IMG/VR virus record: IMGVR_UViG_3300020045_005470
Span: 1 to 38,679 of that record
Origin: a virus
Taxonomy: Duplodnaviria; Caudoviricetes
DNA: 38,679 nucleotides
Direction: 5' to 3' (one strand)
Both the position numbers and the translations under genes were made by a program. Shown piece after piece: positions 1-9,175 of the stretch; positions within the stretch are counted from its first letter, which is position 1; each line of letters starts with the position of its first letter. The notes beneath the pieces were generated by a model. That model worked only from the letters and a program-made list of their open reading frames with translations. It was not told the DNA's origin and did no database searches.

Positions 1-1330
1 TCGCAGGATTAGGACAAGATTACACAATACCAACGGGAGCAATTGCATTAAAAGGATGGATAAATGACGGAATTCAACATTTAGAACAAACAGGCTTTGA
101 AAGCGATTTAAACACATTTACACAAACAGGTGCAATAGTCACATTTAAGAAAACAATTACAACAAATCAACGAATAATTATAGACTACTACTTATGAAAA
201 ACATACTTTTTTTACTATTTTCAATAGCAACGTTTGGGCAAGTCTCAACAGGAAATGAAACCCCGTTCGACTATGGAATACAAAATACAGCCGCTCAATT
301 AGTCGGAAATTCTGATTATGTAGTTACACAAGGAAACGATGGTACTTATGGTAAATATTTGTTTAACTTAAATAATATTGACAAAAAACAATATTTATCA
401 ACTGGTTTGGTTAAAAATGGGACGGTTTCCATAAATGCAGACCCGACAAAATACAATATTAGTGCAGGAATTGGGGTTATAACAAATTATGACAATCCAG
501 AAATACCAACGTGTACGGTCGTTAATTTTCCTGCTGTTATTGGAAAGACACCGACTTATTTGACTACTGGACTTATAACGTATGTAGCTATAAATTCAAT
601 CGGTGTAGTAGTTGAACAAGCTACACAATTTACAACAAGCCAAAGACGTGATTTGATTATATTGGGTGCGGTGATACACAGTAACCTAACAACAATAAAC
701 GTAGTCAATAATATTTCAGCACCTACCAATGCAGACACAAATCAATTACACGACCTTATGACTTATATAGGCGCGTTAAATTTGACTGGAAATAAATACA
801 CGGCAAACGGTGCTAATTTAAGTTTGGACAAAAGCGCGGGTTCGATATTTAAACCGGGTGTAAACTTTGCAACTGATTGGAAGAAACCACACGAATTAGA
901 ACAGTCTTTGCAAACATTATTGACGTTTAGATACAGGCTTTCTAACGGAACGGAATACGCAGATGCTACCGTTTTAAACCCTGCTGTTTATGAATCAGGA
1001 GGAACTTTAATATCCGTACCATCGAATAAATTTACCATTCAAACGGTTACAATGTTTCAAACAGGTTTGACACGAATACAGCCGGGACAAAACATTTACA
1101 ATTCACTTGCAGAAGCTGAAAGTGCTATTTTAACGCGTTCATTTGTTGTTGAAACTAATATAGCTGCAAACGGAATAACACGCGCTTATGTGATATTAAG
1201 GAATTCTGCAACATCATTACAAAATACAAGTGATGCAAAAATAATTGAGACTACTAAATTTGGAGGCGTTGCAAGTGGTGGGGTTTCTTTAAGTGATGCG
1301 GCTATTATCGCAGCTTTGGGGTATACGCCA
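1..1330 (+). repeat. Diverged direct repeat, copy 1 (copy 2 at 34561..35890)
   Basis: Colinear at a constant offset of 34560 nt with no indel seen; many synonymous differences; similarity ends after the codons for ALGYTP. Confidence 0.95.
3..197 (+). CDS. 5'-truncated paralog of the 34257..34757 baseplate/fibre-associated protein
   Basis: Manual translation AGLGQDYTIPTGAIALKGWINDGIQHLEQTGFESDLNTF...QRIIIDYYL* aligns without gaps to the C-terminus of 34257..34757; ATGA overlap with ORF 194. Confidence 0.85.
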   Translation, partial: AGLGQDYTIPTGAIALKGWINDGIQHLEQTGFESDLNTFTQTGAIVTFKKTITTNQRIIIDYYL

Positions 1331-3568
1331 GCAAATTTAACAGACGTTAATACAACTAATTCCAACGGAAATACTATCTGGGTAGCTTCAAATGACGCAA
1401 CAACAGAACAAAAAAAGAACGCTTTATATGTTTGTGACGGGACAGCAGATGAGGTTCAGATAAATCAAGCAATACAGGCTATTTCAGCAAGCAGAGGAGG
1501 AACAGTTCGCTTAACGCAGGGTAGGTTTTCATTGTCAACGCCTATTATAATTGATAGAGCCTTAGCGTTAGTTGGCTCTGGTCGTGGAATAAAATTGTCA
1601 CTCGATAATCCTGCTACGGCAACAGACACAAGGGGTACGGCAATTTATCAAACTACTAATACGGATGTGATTAAAATAGACACCCCTAATAAGTTACAAG
1701 GGTTTGAAATAAAAGATTTACTTTTAGTTGGATACGGCAGACAAAACACACCAACAGGACACGGTATTCATATAGCAGGAGGTTCTGATGTTTCTGTAAT
1801 TAGAAATGTTTCGATTTCTGATTGTTATGCAGGTATATTTTACAATCACGATGTAACAGCTCAAATGCTAGACACGCCTTGGGTTGACCAATGTACCATA
1901 CAAAGAAACCACATTGGAATGCTTATTATTGGGGGTCATTTAATGCGAATAACTAATAATATTTTTTGGGAAAATTATGGAATAGGTTCTTATGGCGGTT
2001 ATGATTTCAATTGCGGAGGAATAGCCATTCAGGGACTTGGTAATAATTTAATTTCAAACAATCATTTTGGAGAAAATAATTTCATCGAGGATGCAAATGC
2101 TTCTAAAAACAGCTCCCATTTATCTTTAATTTATGCAAATGATTTAGTATCAAATAATTTTTTTGGTGGCATTCAAGGGAACGGAATAAAAATGACAGGC
2201 TATGTGTCTTACTCTAAGGTGTCAAACAATTATTTTACAAACTTCGGCAAAGGAACAGGGCTAACTAACGCTCAAAGGTCGGGTATTTATATTGAGTTTT
2301 CACAAAGTAATGTTATTGAAAATAACTATATGCTTTCAGCTACCGGAAGTTATGGTATTTATGAAGATTATACCAGTTTTAAAAATTCTTTTGTAAACAA
2401 TGTATTTCAAGACTTGATAAACAACACGGCAAACAGGATATTTTCAGAAGGTACTGAAAATTATCAAAACGGAACAATTGTAAGACCTGATTTGTTGCCT
2501 GAAAAATACGTTCCTGTGAGTGGCGATATTGATATAAACGACAACAAAACATTTATAGCAGAAACTTATTTTAATGAAAATATAGGAGTGGGTGCTGGCA
2601 CTGGAATTATATCCACAGGCATATCAGATATGACAGGAAATATACAAGGGCAATCCATAATACTTAGGCAAGATAATTTATTAGACGGCACATTGATAAG
2701 ACCTGTGCCATCTGGAAGTGCTGGCGATTATGATTTTCATACTTTTAAAAATTCTATTTTAGACGGTAATTTATTTTTACAGAGATTACTTGGTAGTGTA
2801 GGTATTGGAAATGGAAGCAATGCAAATTCTACAGGTAAAAAATTAGATGTATGGGGGAATGCCGCAATCGGCGGAGGCGCAAGATATGACGTTAATGCAA
2901 CTTTAGAGGTAAGTGCGTCCGGGAATAATTCGGTTGTTTATTCAAGGCCAGCGTCTTCAAATCAAAACGGATTCTTTTTCAACACCGCCGGGAACTTTGA
3001 TTGGTTTGTTGGTAATTTTGGATACGAAACAAATATGTTGTTTTATGACGTTTCCAATGGCAAGACTAGGTTAAAAATAACGCCAGGATCGGCTGAGGCA
3101 TCTTTAGAAATTGACGGAACTACGGGTAATTTTAAAATAACTTCTACACCTCCAACCAGTTCAGGAACATACGACATTTTAACAAGGAATACGAGTACTG
3201 GAGTTGTTGAGAAAATAGCGTCAGCGTCAGGAGCCTATACACCCATCTTGACAAACACTACTAATATATCATCAAGCACATTAAATGCTGCATATTATAC
3301 TCGAATTGGGAATTTAATAACAGTAACTATTGCAGTTCAGACTACTTTGACAGCAGCAGCAGAAACTGTTTTAACTTTTTCTTTGCCTATATCAGGAGCA
3401 ACCACAGTAAATGGCATTGGACAAGGTAACTTAACATCAGGAGGTGGTTCTATTAATGGTTATGGGATAGTTGATATTACAAATTCAACTACAGGACAAT
3501 TAAGGATCGGAAAGCCAGATGGTAGCGGTTCAGGAGTTACAAATATAATTTTTACTTATTCACTTTAA
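194..3568 (+). CDS. Tail fibre/tailspike-like adhesin with pectin-lyase-like parallel beta-helix (putative depolymerase)
   Basis: 1124 aa; CDGTADEVQINQAI...GGTVRL motif typical of the start of tailspike beta-helices; repeated I(S/T)NNxF rungs; ALGYTP linker; lies between structural and lysis genes; signal-peptide-like N-terminus. Confidence 0.75.
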   Translation: MKNILFLLFSIATFGQVSTGNETPFDYGIQNTAAQLVGNSDYVVTQGNDGTYGKYLFNLNNIDKKQYLSTGLVKNGTVSINADPTKYNISAGIGVITNYDNPEIPTCTVVNFPAVIGKTPTYLTTGLITYVAINSIGVVVEQATQFTTSQRRDLIILGAVIHSNLTTINVVNNISAPTNADTNQLHDLMTYIGALNLTGNKYTANGANLSLDKSAGSIFKPGVNFATDWKKPHELEQSLQTLLTFRYRLSNGTEYADATVLNPAVYESGGTLISVPSNKFTIQTVTMFQTGLTRIQPGQNIYNSLAEAESAILTRSFVVETNIAANGITRAYVILRNSATSLQNTSDAKIIETTKFGGVASGGVSLSDAAIIAALGYTPANLTDVNTTNSNGNTIWVASNDATTEQKKNALYVCDGTADEVQINQAIQAISASRGGTVRLTQGRFSLSTPIIIDRALALVGSGRGIKLSLDNPATATDTRGTAIYQTTNTDVIKIDTPNKLQGFEIKDLLLVGYGRQNTPTGHGIHIAGGSDVSVIRNVSISDCYAGIFYNHDVTAQMLDTPWVDQCTIQRNHIGMLIIGGHLMRITNNIFWENYGIGSYGGYDFNCGGIAIQGLGNNLISNNHFGENNFIEDANASKNSSHLSLIYANDLVSNNFFGGIQGNGIKMTGYVSYSKVSNNYFTNFGKGTGLTNAQRSGIYIEFSQSNVIENNYMLSATGSYGIYEDYTSFKNSFVNNVFQDLINNTANRIFSEGTENYQNGTIVRPDLLPEKYVPVSGDIDINDNKTFIAETYFNENIGVGAGTGIISTGISDMTGNIQGQSIILRQDNLLDGTLIRPVPSGSAGDYDFHTFKNSILDGNLFLQRLLGSVGIGNGSNANSTGKKLDVWGNAAIGGGARYDVNATLEVSASGNNSVVYSRPASSNQNGFFFNTAGNFDWFVGNFGYETNMLFYDVSNGKTRLKITPGSAEASLEIDGTTGNFKITSTPPTSSGTYDILTRNTSTGVVEKIASASGAYTPILTNTTNISSSTLNAAYYTRIGNLITVTIAVQTTLTAAAETVLTFSLPISGATTVNGIGQGNLTSGGGSINGYGIVDITNSTTGQLRIGKPDGSGSGVTNIIFTYSL

Positions 3569-3581
3569 AACTAAATAAATT

Positions 3582-3737
3582 ATGAAAAATTGGAAAACTA
3601 ACCTAGCGGCATTAATTGTAGCAGGAATTGGAATCGCAACCGCTATGGGTTGGATCACGGCAGAAGTTGGAACGGCGATAGCCACTATTGCCACTGCGAT
3701 AGGATTTGGTGTAGCTAAAGACAACACCGCAAAATAA
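3582..3737 (+). CDS. Small two-TM holin-like protein (51 aa, not in ORF track)
   Basis: Manual translation MKNWKTNLAALIVAGIGIATAMGWITAEVGTAIATIATAIGFGVAKDNTAK; two hydrophobic segments; upstream of endolysin. Confidence 0.65.
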   Translation: MKNWKTNLAALIVAGIGIATAMGWITAEVGTAIATIATAIGFGVAKDNTAK

Positions 3738-3747
3738 AAATTAAATC

Positions 3748-3779
3748 ATTCCCACTTTTAAAATGGTGGGAATTTTTTT
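3748..3779 (+). terminator. Intrinsic terminator
   Basis: attcccac (3748-3755) / gtgggaat (3766-3773) followed by a T tract. Confidence 0.7.
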
Positions 3780-3804
3780 GTACTTTTGAATAAACGTTAT
3801 TATT

Positions 3805-4191
3805 ATGATTGAATATATTGCATTTATGGGAGCTGTTTTAGGATATCCTTTAGCTTGGTACTTTGGAGGTAAAAAGAAAAACGAGGTCGATTCGGTTACG
3901 GCAATTTCAGAAATGTATGACCGTTTTTTGATACAATACAAGTCGAGAATGGACGAAATGCAGTTCGAAGTAACTTGTGTAAAAGACCATTATAAAGCCA
4001 TTCAATTGCAATTTAATGATATGTCATTAGCTTACACACGTGAAGTTGAGGTATCACAAAATTGGGAAAAGCTACATAAAGAGCTAAAAGAAAAGTACGA
4101 CGAACTTGAAAAGAATTATGATACTTTGAAAAAGGATCACGATGCACTTAGAAAAGATTATGAGAAGTATAAAAAAAGTATGATAAATTAA
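3805..4191 (+). CDS. N-terminal TM plus coiled-coil lysis-cassette protein (holin/antiholin-like)
   Basis: Hydrophobic N-terminus then KKK and a long heptad pattern; directly upstream of endolysin; TActTTTG box at 3781-3788. Confidence 0.55.
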   Translation: MIEYIAFMGAVLGYPLAWYFGGKKKNEVDSVTAISEMYDRFLIQYKSRMDEMQFEVTCVKDHYKAIQLQFNDMSLAYTREVEVSQNWEKLHKELKEKYDELEKNYDTLKKDHDALRKDYEKYKKSMIN

Positions 4192-4193
4192 GT

Positions 4194-4634
4194 ATGAAAA
4201 AAATATCACAAAAAGGAGTTGAACTTTTAGCAGAATTAGAAGGGATTAGGTTGAAACCGTATCTTTGTCCTGCTGGAGTTCCTACAATTGGATTGGGAAA
4301 TACTTTTTATGAAAATGGTACAAAGGTAACTATGCAAGATAAAGCCATAACCAAAGAAGAAGCATACCATTTATTTTATATGATTGCTACAAAATTTGAA
4401 AAGACCTTAAACGATGTTTTACCAAGTGATTTAAATCAAAATAAATTTGATGCTTTATTTTGTTTCTGTTATAATGTTGGACAAAATGCATTTAAGAAAA
4501 GTACATTATTAAAACGTGTTATAAACAATCAAAATGACATTGGAGGAATTACACAGGCTTTTTTAATGTGGAAAGGCAAAAATAATATACTTTTATCAAG
4601 ACAAAAAAAACAAATTAATCGATACTTTTTATGA
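4194..4634 (+). CDS. Endolysin, GH24 phage lysozyme
   Basis: EGIRLKPYLCPAGVPTIG matches E-x8-(D/C)-x5-T; FDAL..F.YNVG motif. Confidence 0.92.
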   Translation: MKKISQKGVELLAELEGIRLKPYLCPAGVPTIGLGNTFYENGTKVTMQDKAITKEEAYHLFYMIATKFEKTLNDVLPSDLNQNKFDALFCFCYNVGQNAFKKSTLLKRVINNQNDIGGITQAFLMWKGKNNILLSRQKKQINRYFL

Positions 4635-4707
4635 AAAATATCGAAAAATTATATGAAAAAATTAGTTGGTATTTATTTGGTGGTAAAGGTGGGATTTGTA
4701 GATATTA

Positions 4708-4726
4708 ATTTATATTGATTCTTAAT
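4708..4726. promoter_or_regulatory. 19-bp palindromic operator (Fur-box-like) 1
   Basis: ATTTATATTGATTCTTAAT, 15/18 to ATTTAGAATnATTCTAAAT; just upstream of TAtaTTTG at 4738-4745. Confidence 0.5.
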
Positions 4727-4790
4727 AAAATAAGTTGTATATTTGAGGTTCAAAATATATCCATATCGATTATATTAAAAATCTAGCCTC

Positions 4791-4819
4791 AAAACCATAA
4801 CCCCCGTTATGGTTTTTTT
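4791..4819 (+). terminator. Intrinsic terminator
   Basis: aaaaccataac-cccc-gttatggtttt, 11-bp stem followed by T tract. Confidence 0.8.
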
Positions 4820-4832
4820 ATATCTTTACATT

Positions 4833-5243
4833 ATGAAAAAACATTCTCTTGAAATATCCACAATTTTAGCTATCATCATACTATTGCTATTATCTAGTTG
4901 TGGAACTCGTAAAACTGACACAATACATAAAGATAGCATTTCAATCAATAATACGTACTCTCAGGGCTCGAAAATAGTTTTAGGTAATACTTTTACGTAT
5001 AAGCCATTTGACAACGCTAAACCAATGATTTTGGACGGTAAGGAGTATAAAAATGCGATTATTTCAAATGATAAAAGTATTGTTATTGAAAAGTGGAAAA
5101 CTCGCAATATAAACAAGACTATTGTAATTGAAAAAATAAAGAAAACAGAAAAAACCGACCACACATTCTTATGGATCGGTTTAGCTTTTGTTATTTGCTT
5201 ATTTGTGTTTTTGTGGTTTTATTTGCCTAAGTTTAAGGTTTAG
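4833..5243 (+). CDS. Putative unimolecular spanin (lipoprotein with C-terminal TM)
   Basis: Start moved to MKKHSLE; lipobox LSSC; C-terminal TM FLWIGLAFVICLFVFLWFYL; beta-rich middle; follows endolysin. Confidence 0.75.
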   Translation: MKKHSLEISTILAIIILLLLSSCGTRKTDTIHKDSISINNTYSQGSKIVLGNTFTYKPFDNAKPMILDGKEYKNAIISNDKSIVIEKWKTRNINKTIVIEKIKKTEKTDHTFLWIGLAFVICLFVFLWFYLPKFKV

Positions 5244-5718
5244 TAATTAGTAGAAGTGTTTTAATAGCTTCTATTCCCTTTTCGGTAACGCTGTAAACTT
5301 GATTGTTGAATCTTTGGTAGTTTTCCATTAATCCAAGCGAAACTAATTTTTCACATCGTTCGTGTTTTTCGTTGTAAGATGAATAATTTCTATAAAATTC
5401 ATCAGGACAATAATCTCCTATTCTTACACCTAAAGAATGTGTTAAATGATTTATTTCTTTTTCTGATAAATCATTAAGAAGTTCGCTTTTTGCTTGACTG
5501 TATAAATCTCTTTCTGGAAATCTTCGGGTTCTAATGTGTTTTTTCAACTCCCAAAAAGTATAACATTCGTCATTTATGCATTTTTCCTTAACTGCTTCGT
5601 TCTGGTTTTTGCCATAAATAACTTCAAATTGTTTATCGTCTTGCCACATATAATGATTGTACGCGTCAATAAAAAAATCTGGAAATATACATTTGTATGC
5701 TTTTAATTCTAAAGTCAT
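5233..5718 (-). CDS. Hypothetical protein; only credible minus-strand gene; possible C-terminal winged-helix
   Basis: 161 aa in otherwise empty space; minus-strand TAgaTTTG box at 5761-5768; LVSLGLM...YSVTEKG resembles a wHTH wing. Confidence 0.7.
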   Translation of the reverse strand: MTLELKAYKCIFPDFFIDAYNHYMWQDDKQFEVIYGKNQNEAVKEKCINDECYTFWELKKHIRTRRFPERDLYSQAKSELLNDLSEKEINHLTHSLGVRIGDYCPDEFYRNYSSYNEKHERCEKLVSLGLMENYQRFNNQVYSVTEKGIEAIKTLLLITKP

Positions 5719-5760
5719 AATTTAAATTTTAATTGATTGGTAATTCGTGGTACATTTCAA

Positions 5761-5865
5761 CAAATCTACAAAATATATCAATACAATAGTTATTGTTGTG
5801 ATAGTTTAGAATGATTCTATATTACGTTGTTGTTGTTGTATATTTAAAAATAGGTTGTATATTTG
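5761..5865. promoter_or_regulatory. Divergent promoter pair with central Fur-box-like operator 2
   Basis: Minus-strand TAGATTTG (5761-5768), plus-strand TATATTTG (5858-5865), GTTTAGAATGATTCTATAT at 5804-5822 (16/18). Confidence 0.7.
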
Positions 5866-5889
5866 TTGAACAATTTAAAACTAAAAATT

Positions 5890-6072
5890 ATGAAATTTAT
5901 TAAATTAAGATTATGCGACGGAACAGAAGTATTTGCAAATATGTCTTTAGCTTTTGACATATATAAAAATGTAAATGTAGAAAAAAGCAACACACATATA
6001 TCATTTGGAAATGATTATGTTTTAACTGTTTTAGAAACTCCTTTAGAAATATTAAACCTAATAAACAACTAA
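5890..6072 (+). CDS. Hypothetical early protein
   Basis: ATG in aaaaattATG context after the promoter; MKFIKL start. Confidence 0.7.
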   Translation: MKFIKLRLCDGTEVFANMSLAFDIYKNVNVEKSNTHISFGNDYVLTVLETPLEILNLINN

Positions 6073-6077
6073 TAACC

Positions 6078-6260
6078 ATGCAAGAAATCAAACACCTTTA
6101 TAAAATGCTAAAAGACAAAAAAGCATTTTGCGTGGAATTATCCAAAGAAGTAGAAACAAGCCCTTTGAGCTTATACAACCATTGGTTTGGAAGCTTTTGG
6201 GCTATTCCAGAAAAGTATCAAGAATTAGTATTAACAAAATTAAAAGAAAAACAATTATGA
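6078..6260 (+). CDS. Small putative HTH DNA-binding protein
   Basis: 60 aa; ELSKEVETSPLSLYNHW resembles helix-turn-helix. Confidence 0.5.
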   Translation: MQEIKHLYKMLKDKKAFCVELSKEVETSPLSLYNHWFGSFWAIPEKYQELVLTKLKEKQL

Positions 6261-6643
6261 GACCAATAGCAATGAAATGTACACAGGAACAATTTGATAG
6301 TATTAAGGATAGGATAGTATATGAAAACATTGGAAACTTTAATAACTGTCCTTATTTGACTAACGATAATTTTTTCTCCAAAAGCGGAATTACAAATGGA
6401 ACTGAAATCTACGAAACATTCAACGCAAACATATTTTTACAAGCGTGTGATGTTGAAGTAGAGAAGGTTTGGAAGGGTAGAGAAATGCAGTATAGAACTA
6501 TTGGGAATGACTTATGGTGTGACATTGACAGTTTCGAATTTAGACTCAAACCACAACCAAACTATCAAAAAGAAATTGAAGCACTTCAAAATGCTGCTAA
6601 AGAAAACGGAATGAAAGTAATAATTAATTTTGAAAAGATATGA
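6257..6643 (+). CDS. Hypothetical protein
   Basis: Start moved to the ATGA overlap (MRPIAMKC); coupled to neighbours. Confidence 0.7.
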   Translation: MRPIAMKCTQEQFDSIKDRIVYENIGNFNNCPYLTNDNFFSKSGITNGTEIYETFNANIFLQACDVEVEKVWKGREMQYRTIGNDLWCDIDSFEFRLKPQPNYQKEIEALQNAAKENGMKVIINFEKI

Positions 6644-6828
6644 GCGCACAAGAACAACACCAAGACTTTTTAATGCTTCAAATAAAAGCGTTACAAACTG
6701 AAAACGAACGTTTGAATAACGAACTTAGAAAAGTTAAAGAAGTAGCTTTTAAAGTTACGCTAACCGATCCAAACTTCGACAAACCATTAAACGAAATAGA
6801 AACTAATTATGAAATTGTAACATTATGA
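6640..6828 (+). CDS. Hypothetical coiled-coil protein
   Basis: ATGA overlaps at both ends. Confidence 0.65.
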   Translation: MSAQEQHQDFLMLQIKALQTENERLNNELRKVKEVAFKVTLTDPNFDKPLNEIETNYEIVTL

Positions 6829-7061
6829 TACTAACAGAAAATTACTCAATTGAGTTCGACGAAAATAACGCTATATTAGTGTTTAAAGAAAACAAAAACA
6901 GCGAAAAGAAAGGCGATTATGTTTCAACAGATAGATTTTACTATCCAAATTTAAAAACGTGCTTAAACGCGTTTATTCAAAAGGATTTGCACGGTTCAAC
7001 CACTGTTTTAAATGTGTTGAATAGGATTGATGAATTAGAAAAAATAATATCTAAAATATGA
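6825..7061 (+). CDS. Hypothetical protein
   Basis: ATGA overlaps at both ends. Confidence 0.65.
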   Translation: MILTENYSIEFDENNAILVFKENKNSEKKGDYVSTDRFYYPNLKTCLNAFIQKDLHGSTTVLNVLNRIDELEKIISKI

Positions 7062-7321
7062 AAACAATATACAACACTTATGTAATAATGGAATCGCAGG
7101 AGCAATGCGATAGAATGAAACAATTATGTATTGACAATGATTTGAAAATTTGGGAAGATGAGCTATTTATCTTTCATAAAGAATTAGGTAATCAATTCTA
7201 CAATACTATTGATCCGGGTCAAAATGGGTATGTTTATTGTTTTACTGTTTTATATGAAAGCGAACACAAAACAGAAATAACCGAAGCCGAATTTATCGAA
7301 CTTTTAACAACTACAAAATGA
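7058..7321 (+). CDS. Hypothetical protein
   Basis: ATGA overlaps at both ends. Confidence 0.65.
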   Translation: MKTIYNTYVIMESQEQCDRMKQLCIDNDLKIWEDELFIFHKELGNQFYNTIDPGQNGYVYCFTVLYESEHKTEITEAEFIELLTTTK

Positions 7322-7521
7322 GCCTAGACACCCACACCGAACACAATCCAAAAAATCCAATTAACGAAATCGAATGCACACCGCAAACTGAACTCGAAGA
7401 ACAGCAAGATTGGAATAAAGAACTACTATCTAAAATAAATAAAACAAAAGCAATTATTTTAGAATTTGAAACATCGCCAAATATGGTATTAATACAATTA
7501 AAAAAACTTTATAAATTATGA
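7318..7521 (+). CDS. Hypothetical protein
   Basis: ATGA overlaps at both ends. Confidence 0.65.
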   Translation: MSLDTHTEHNPKNPINEIECTPQTELEEQQDWNKELLSKINKTKAIILEFETSPNMVLIQLKKLYKL

Positions 7522-8198
7522 AAAACGAGATTCAAATAATGCCAGTAAACGACATAATGGATATGTCAAAAATGTTTGTAGAAAGCGGAATGTTTACCGA
7601 TGCCAAAAGCGTTGCACAAGCGTTCGTAAAAATACAGGCCGGACAAGAAATAGGATTAGCGCCATTTGCCGCAATGTCGGGGATTAATGTAATTATGGGT
7701 AAACCAACATTTGGGGCTGGGGTAATTGCATCAAGCGTAAAAGGTAGCGGAAAATATGATTTTAAAGTATCGCAATTGGATGATAAAGCCTGTTCAATAG
7801 ATTTCTTTGAAGGCAAGGATTTAATAGGAAACTCTACATTTACTATTGAAGACGCAAAAAAACAAGGCACAAAAAATCTGGACAAATTCCCAAAGAATAT
7901 GCTTTATGCCCGCGCAATGTCTAACGGCCAGAAGTGGTTTTGTCCTGATGTGTTTCAAATGGCAGTTTATGTTCCAGAGGAAATGCCAGAAGTCACGCAA
8001 GACGTGCAGCACGTTGAAGTAATTGAAACAAAACCTATTCCGGTAATGAATGACAAGCAATTAAAAAAACTTCTTGAAACAGCTTCAATTGAGCGTTTAG
8101 AAGAAGTTTTGAATATGATTGAAGAAGAGAAGTTAATGGCTACGCAAGTACAGGTTTTAAATTTGGAAGATAAATTAAAAGAATTAAGAAATGAGTAA
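7518..8198 (+). CDS. RecT/Red-beta-like single-strand annealing protein
   Basis: KIQAGQEIGLAP...INVIMGKP and KFPKNMLYARA...VYVPEEM motifs seen in phage SSAPs; near an SSB-like gene. Confidence 0.65.
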   Translation: MKNEIQIMPVNDIMDMSKMFVESGMFTDAKSVAQAFVKIQAGQEIGLAPFAAMSGINVIMGKPTFGAGVIASSVKGSGKYDFKVSQLDDKACSIDFFEGKDLIGNSTFTIEDAKKQGTKNLDKFPKNMLYARAMSNGQKWFCPDVFQMAVYVPEEMPEVTQDVQHVEVIETKPIPVMNDKQLKKLLETASIERLEEVLNMIEEEKLMATQVQVLNLEDKLKELRNE

Positions 8199-8634
8199 AC
8201 TACAATTTTTTGAAATGAGAGCGGAACAAATGACCGCTCTCTACGATAGCACTTTCACGAAAAAAGATGCTATTAAAACAGGCGAGAATTTAATCGAAAG
8301 CGTATTAGAATCAGGCGACTGCGATATAATGGAATTAGGAGCAAATTTAGCCCGTTTAGAGCAAGTTGTTAGTTCAGCAATGGCAAAGTTCAGAAGTCAT
8401 ATTATTGACAAAGAAAAACAAATAGTTTTAGGTGTTGAATTTTCGCCAGTTAACGGTGGTAATACTGTAAATTATGCAGAAGATGAAGTTTACGTAACAA
8501 TTAAAAATGATCTAGATGCCAGAACGGAACAATTAAAAATGGCACAAAAACAAGATACATTCGATGCTTACGGAAATCAAGTTCCTAAAGTATCAACAAC
8601 GCCAAGAAAATCAAGTATAACAATTAAATTTTAA
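8191..8634 (+). CDS. Hypothetical recombination-module protein
   Basis: 147 aa between SSAP and DUF3127; ends in SSITIKF. Confidence 0.7.
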   Translation: MSKLQFFEMRAEQMTALYDSTFTKKDAIKTGENLIESVLESGDCDIMELGANLARLEQVVSSAMAKFRSHIIDKEKQIVLGVEFSPVNGGNTVNYAEDEVYVTIKNDLDARTEQLKMAQKQDTFDAYGNQVPKVSTTPRKSSITIKF

Positions 8635-8639
8635 TAAAA

Positions 8640-8909
8640 ATGGAAGTATCAGGAAAAGTGCATTTTATCGGGGAATCAATAACAGTTTCATCAAGTTACG
8701 AAAAAAGAGAAGTGGTAGTTAAGACAGATGAGCAATACCCACAATTTATTAGTATTGAATTTTCACAAGGAAAATGCAATGATAAAATAGACGCGTTAAT
8801 GGTAGGTAGCGATGTGACGATAGGAATAAATTTACAAGGCAGGGAATGGACAAATCCACAAGGCGAGGTTAAATATTTCAATTCTATAAAAGGTTGGAAA
8901 GTTTCTTAA
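8640..8909 (+). CDS. DUF3127 family OB-fold, SSB-like protein
   Basis: MEVSGKV...KREVVV.TDEQYPQ.I.IEF...INLQGREW...KYFNSIKGWK. Confidence 0.85.
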   Translation: MEVSGKVHFIGESITVSSSYEKREVVVKTDEQYPQFISIEFSQGKCNDKIDALMVGSDVTIGINLQGREWTNPQGEVKYFNSIKGWKVS

Positions 8910-8911
8910 CT

Positions 8912-8983
8912 ATTTAGAACAAATATAAATAAAATAATAAGTACGCTTTTTTGTTGTACTTATTATTTTTTTGTTTATCTTTG
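8912..8983 (+). promoter_or_regulatory. Fur-box-like operator 3, 14-bp inverted repeat and promoter
   Basis: ATTTAGAACAAATATAAAT 8912-8930 (15/18); aaaataataagtac 8931-8944 / gtacttattatttt 8956-8969; TAtcTTTG 8976-8983. Confidence 0.65.
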
Positions 8984-9013
8984 AATATTGAAAATCACTA
9001 AAAAATAGAAATT

Positions 9014-9175
9014 ATGACAATCGAAATAAACAAAACGGTAAGCAAATCAGGAAGAAGAGTATTGTGGTTTCCATCTATAAACGGTAAAAGAATAACAAGT
9101 ACTAATTTCGGTAAAAAATGGGAAGCTATAAAATTAGGAAAATTATATTTAGAAATTAAAAGTAATCAATTATGA
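9014..9175 (+). CDS. Hypothetical basic protein (53 aa, not in ORF track)
   Basis: MTIEINKTVSKSGRRVLWFPSINGKRITSTNFGKKWEAIKLGKLYLEIKSNQL; first ORF after the promoter; ATGA overlap with HTH gene. Confidence 0.65.
   Translation: MTIEINKTVSKSGRRVLWFPSINGKRITSTNFGKKWEAIKLGKLYLEIKSNQL

Noticed and set aside
1-1330. Terminal direct repeat or circularisation overlap
   Set aside because: The copies differ at many positions and copy 2 is internal, so this is not a simple assembly overlap
5826-5839. (GTT)n microsatellite as a phase-variable switch
   Set aside because: Only about four units, with no evidence of length variation from one sequence
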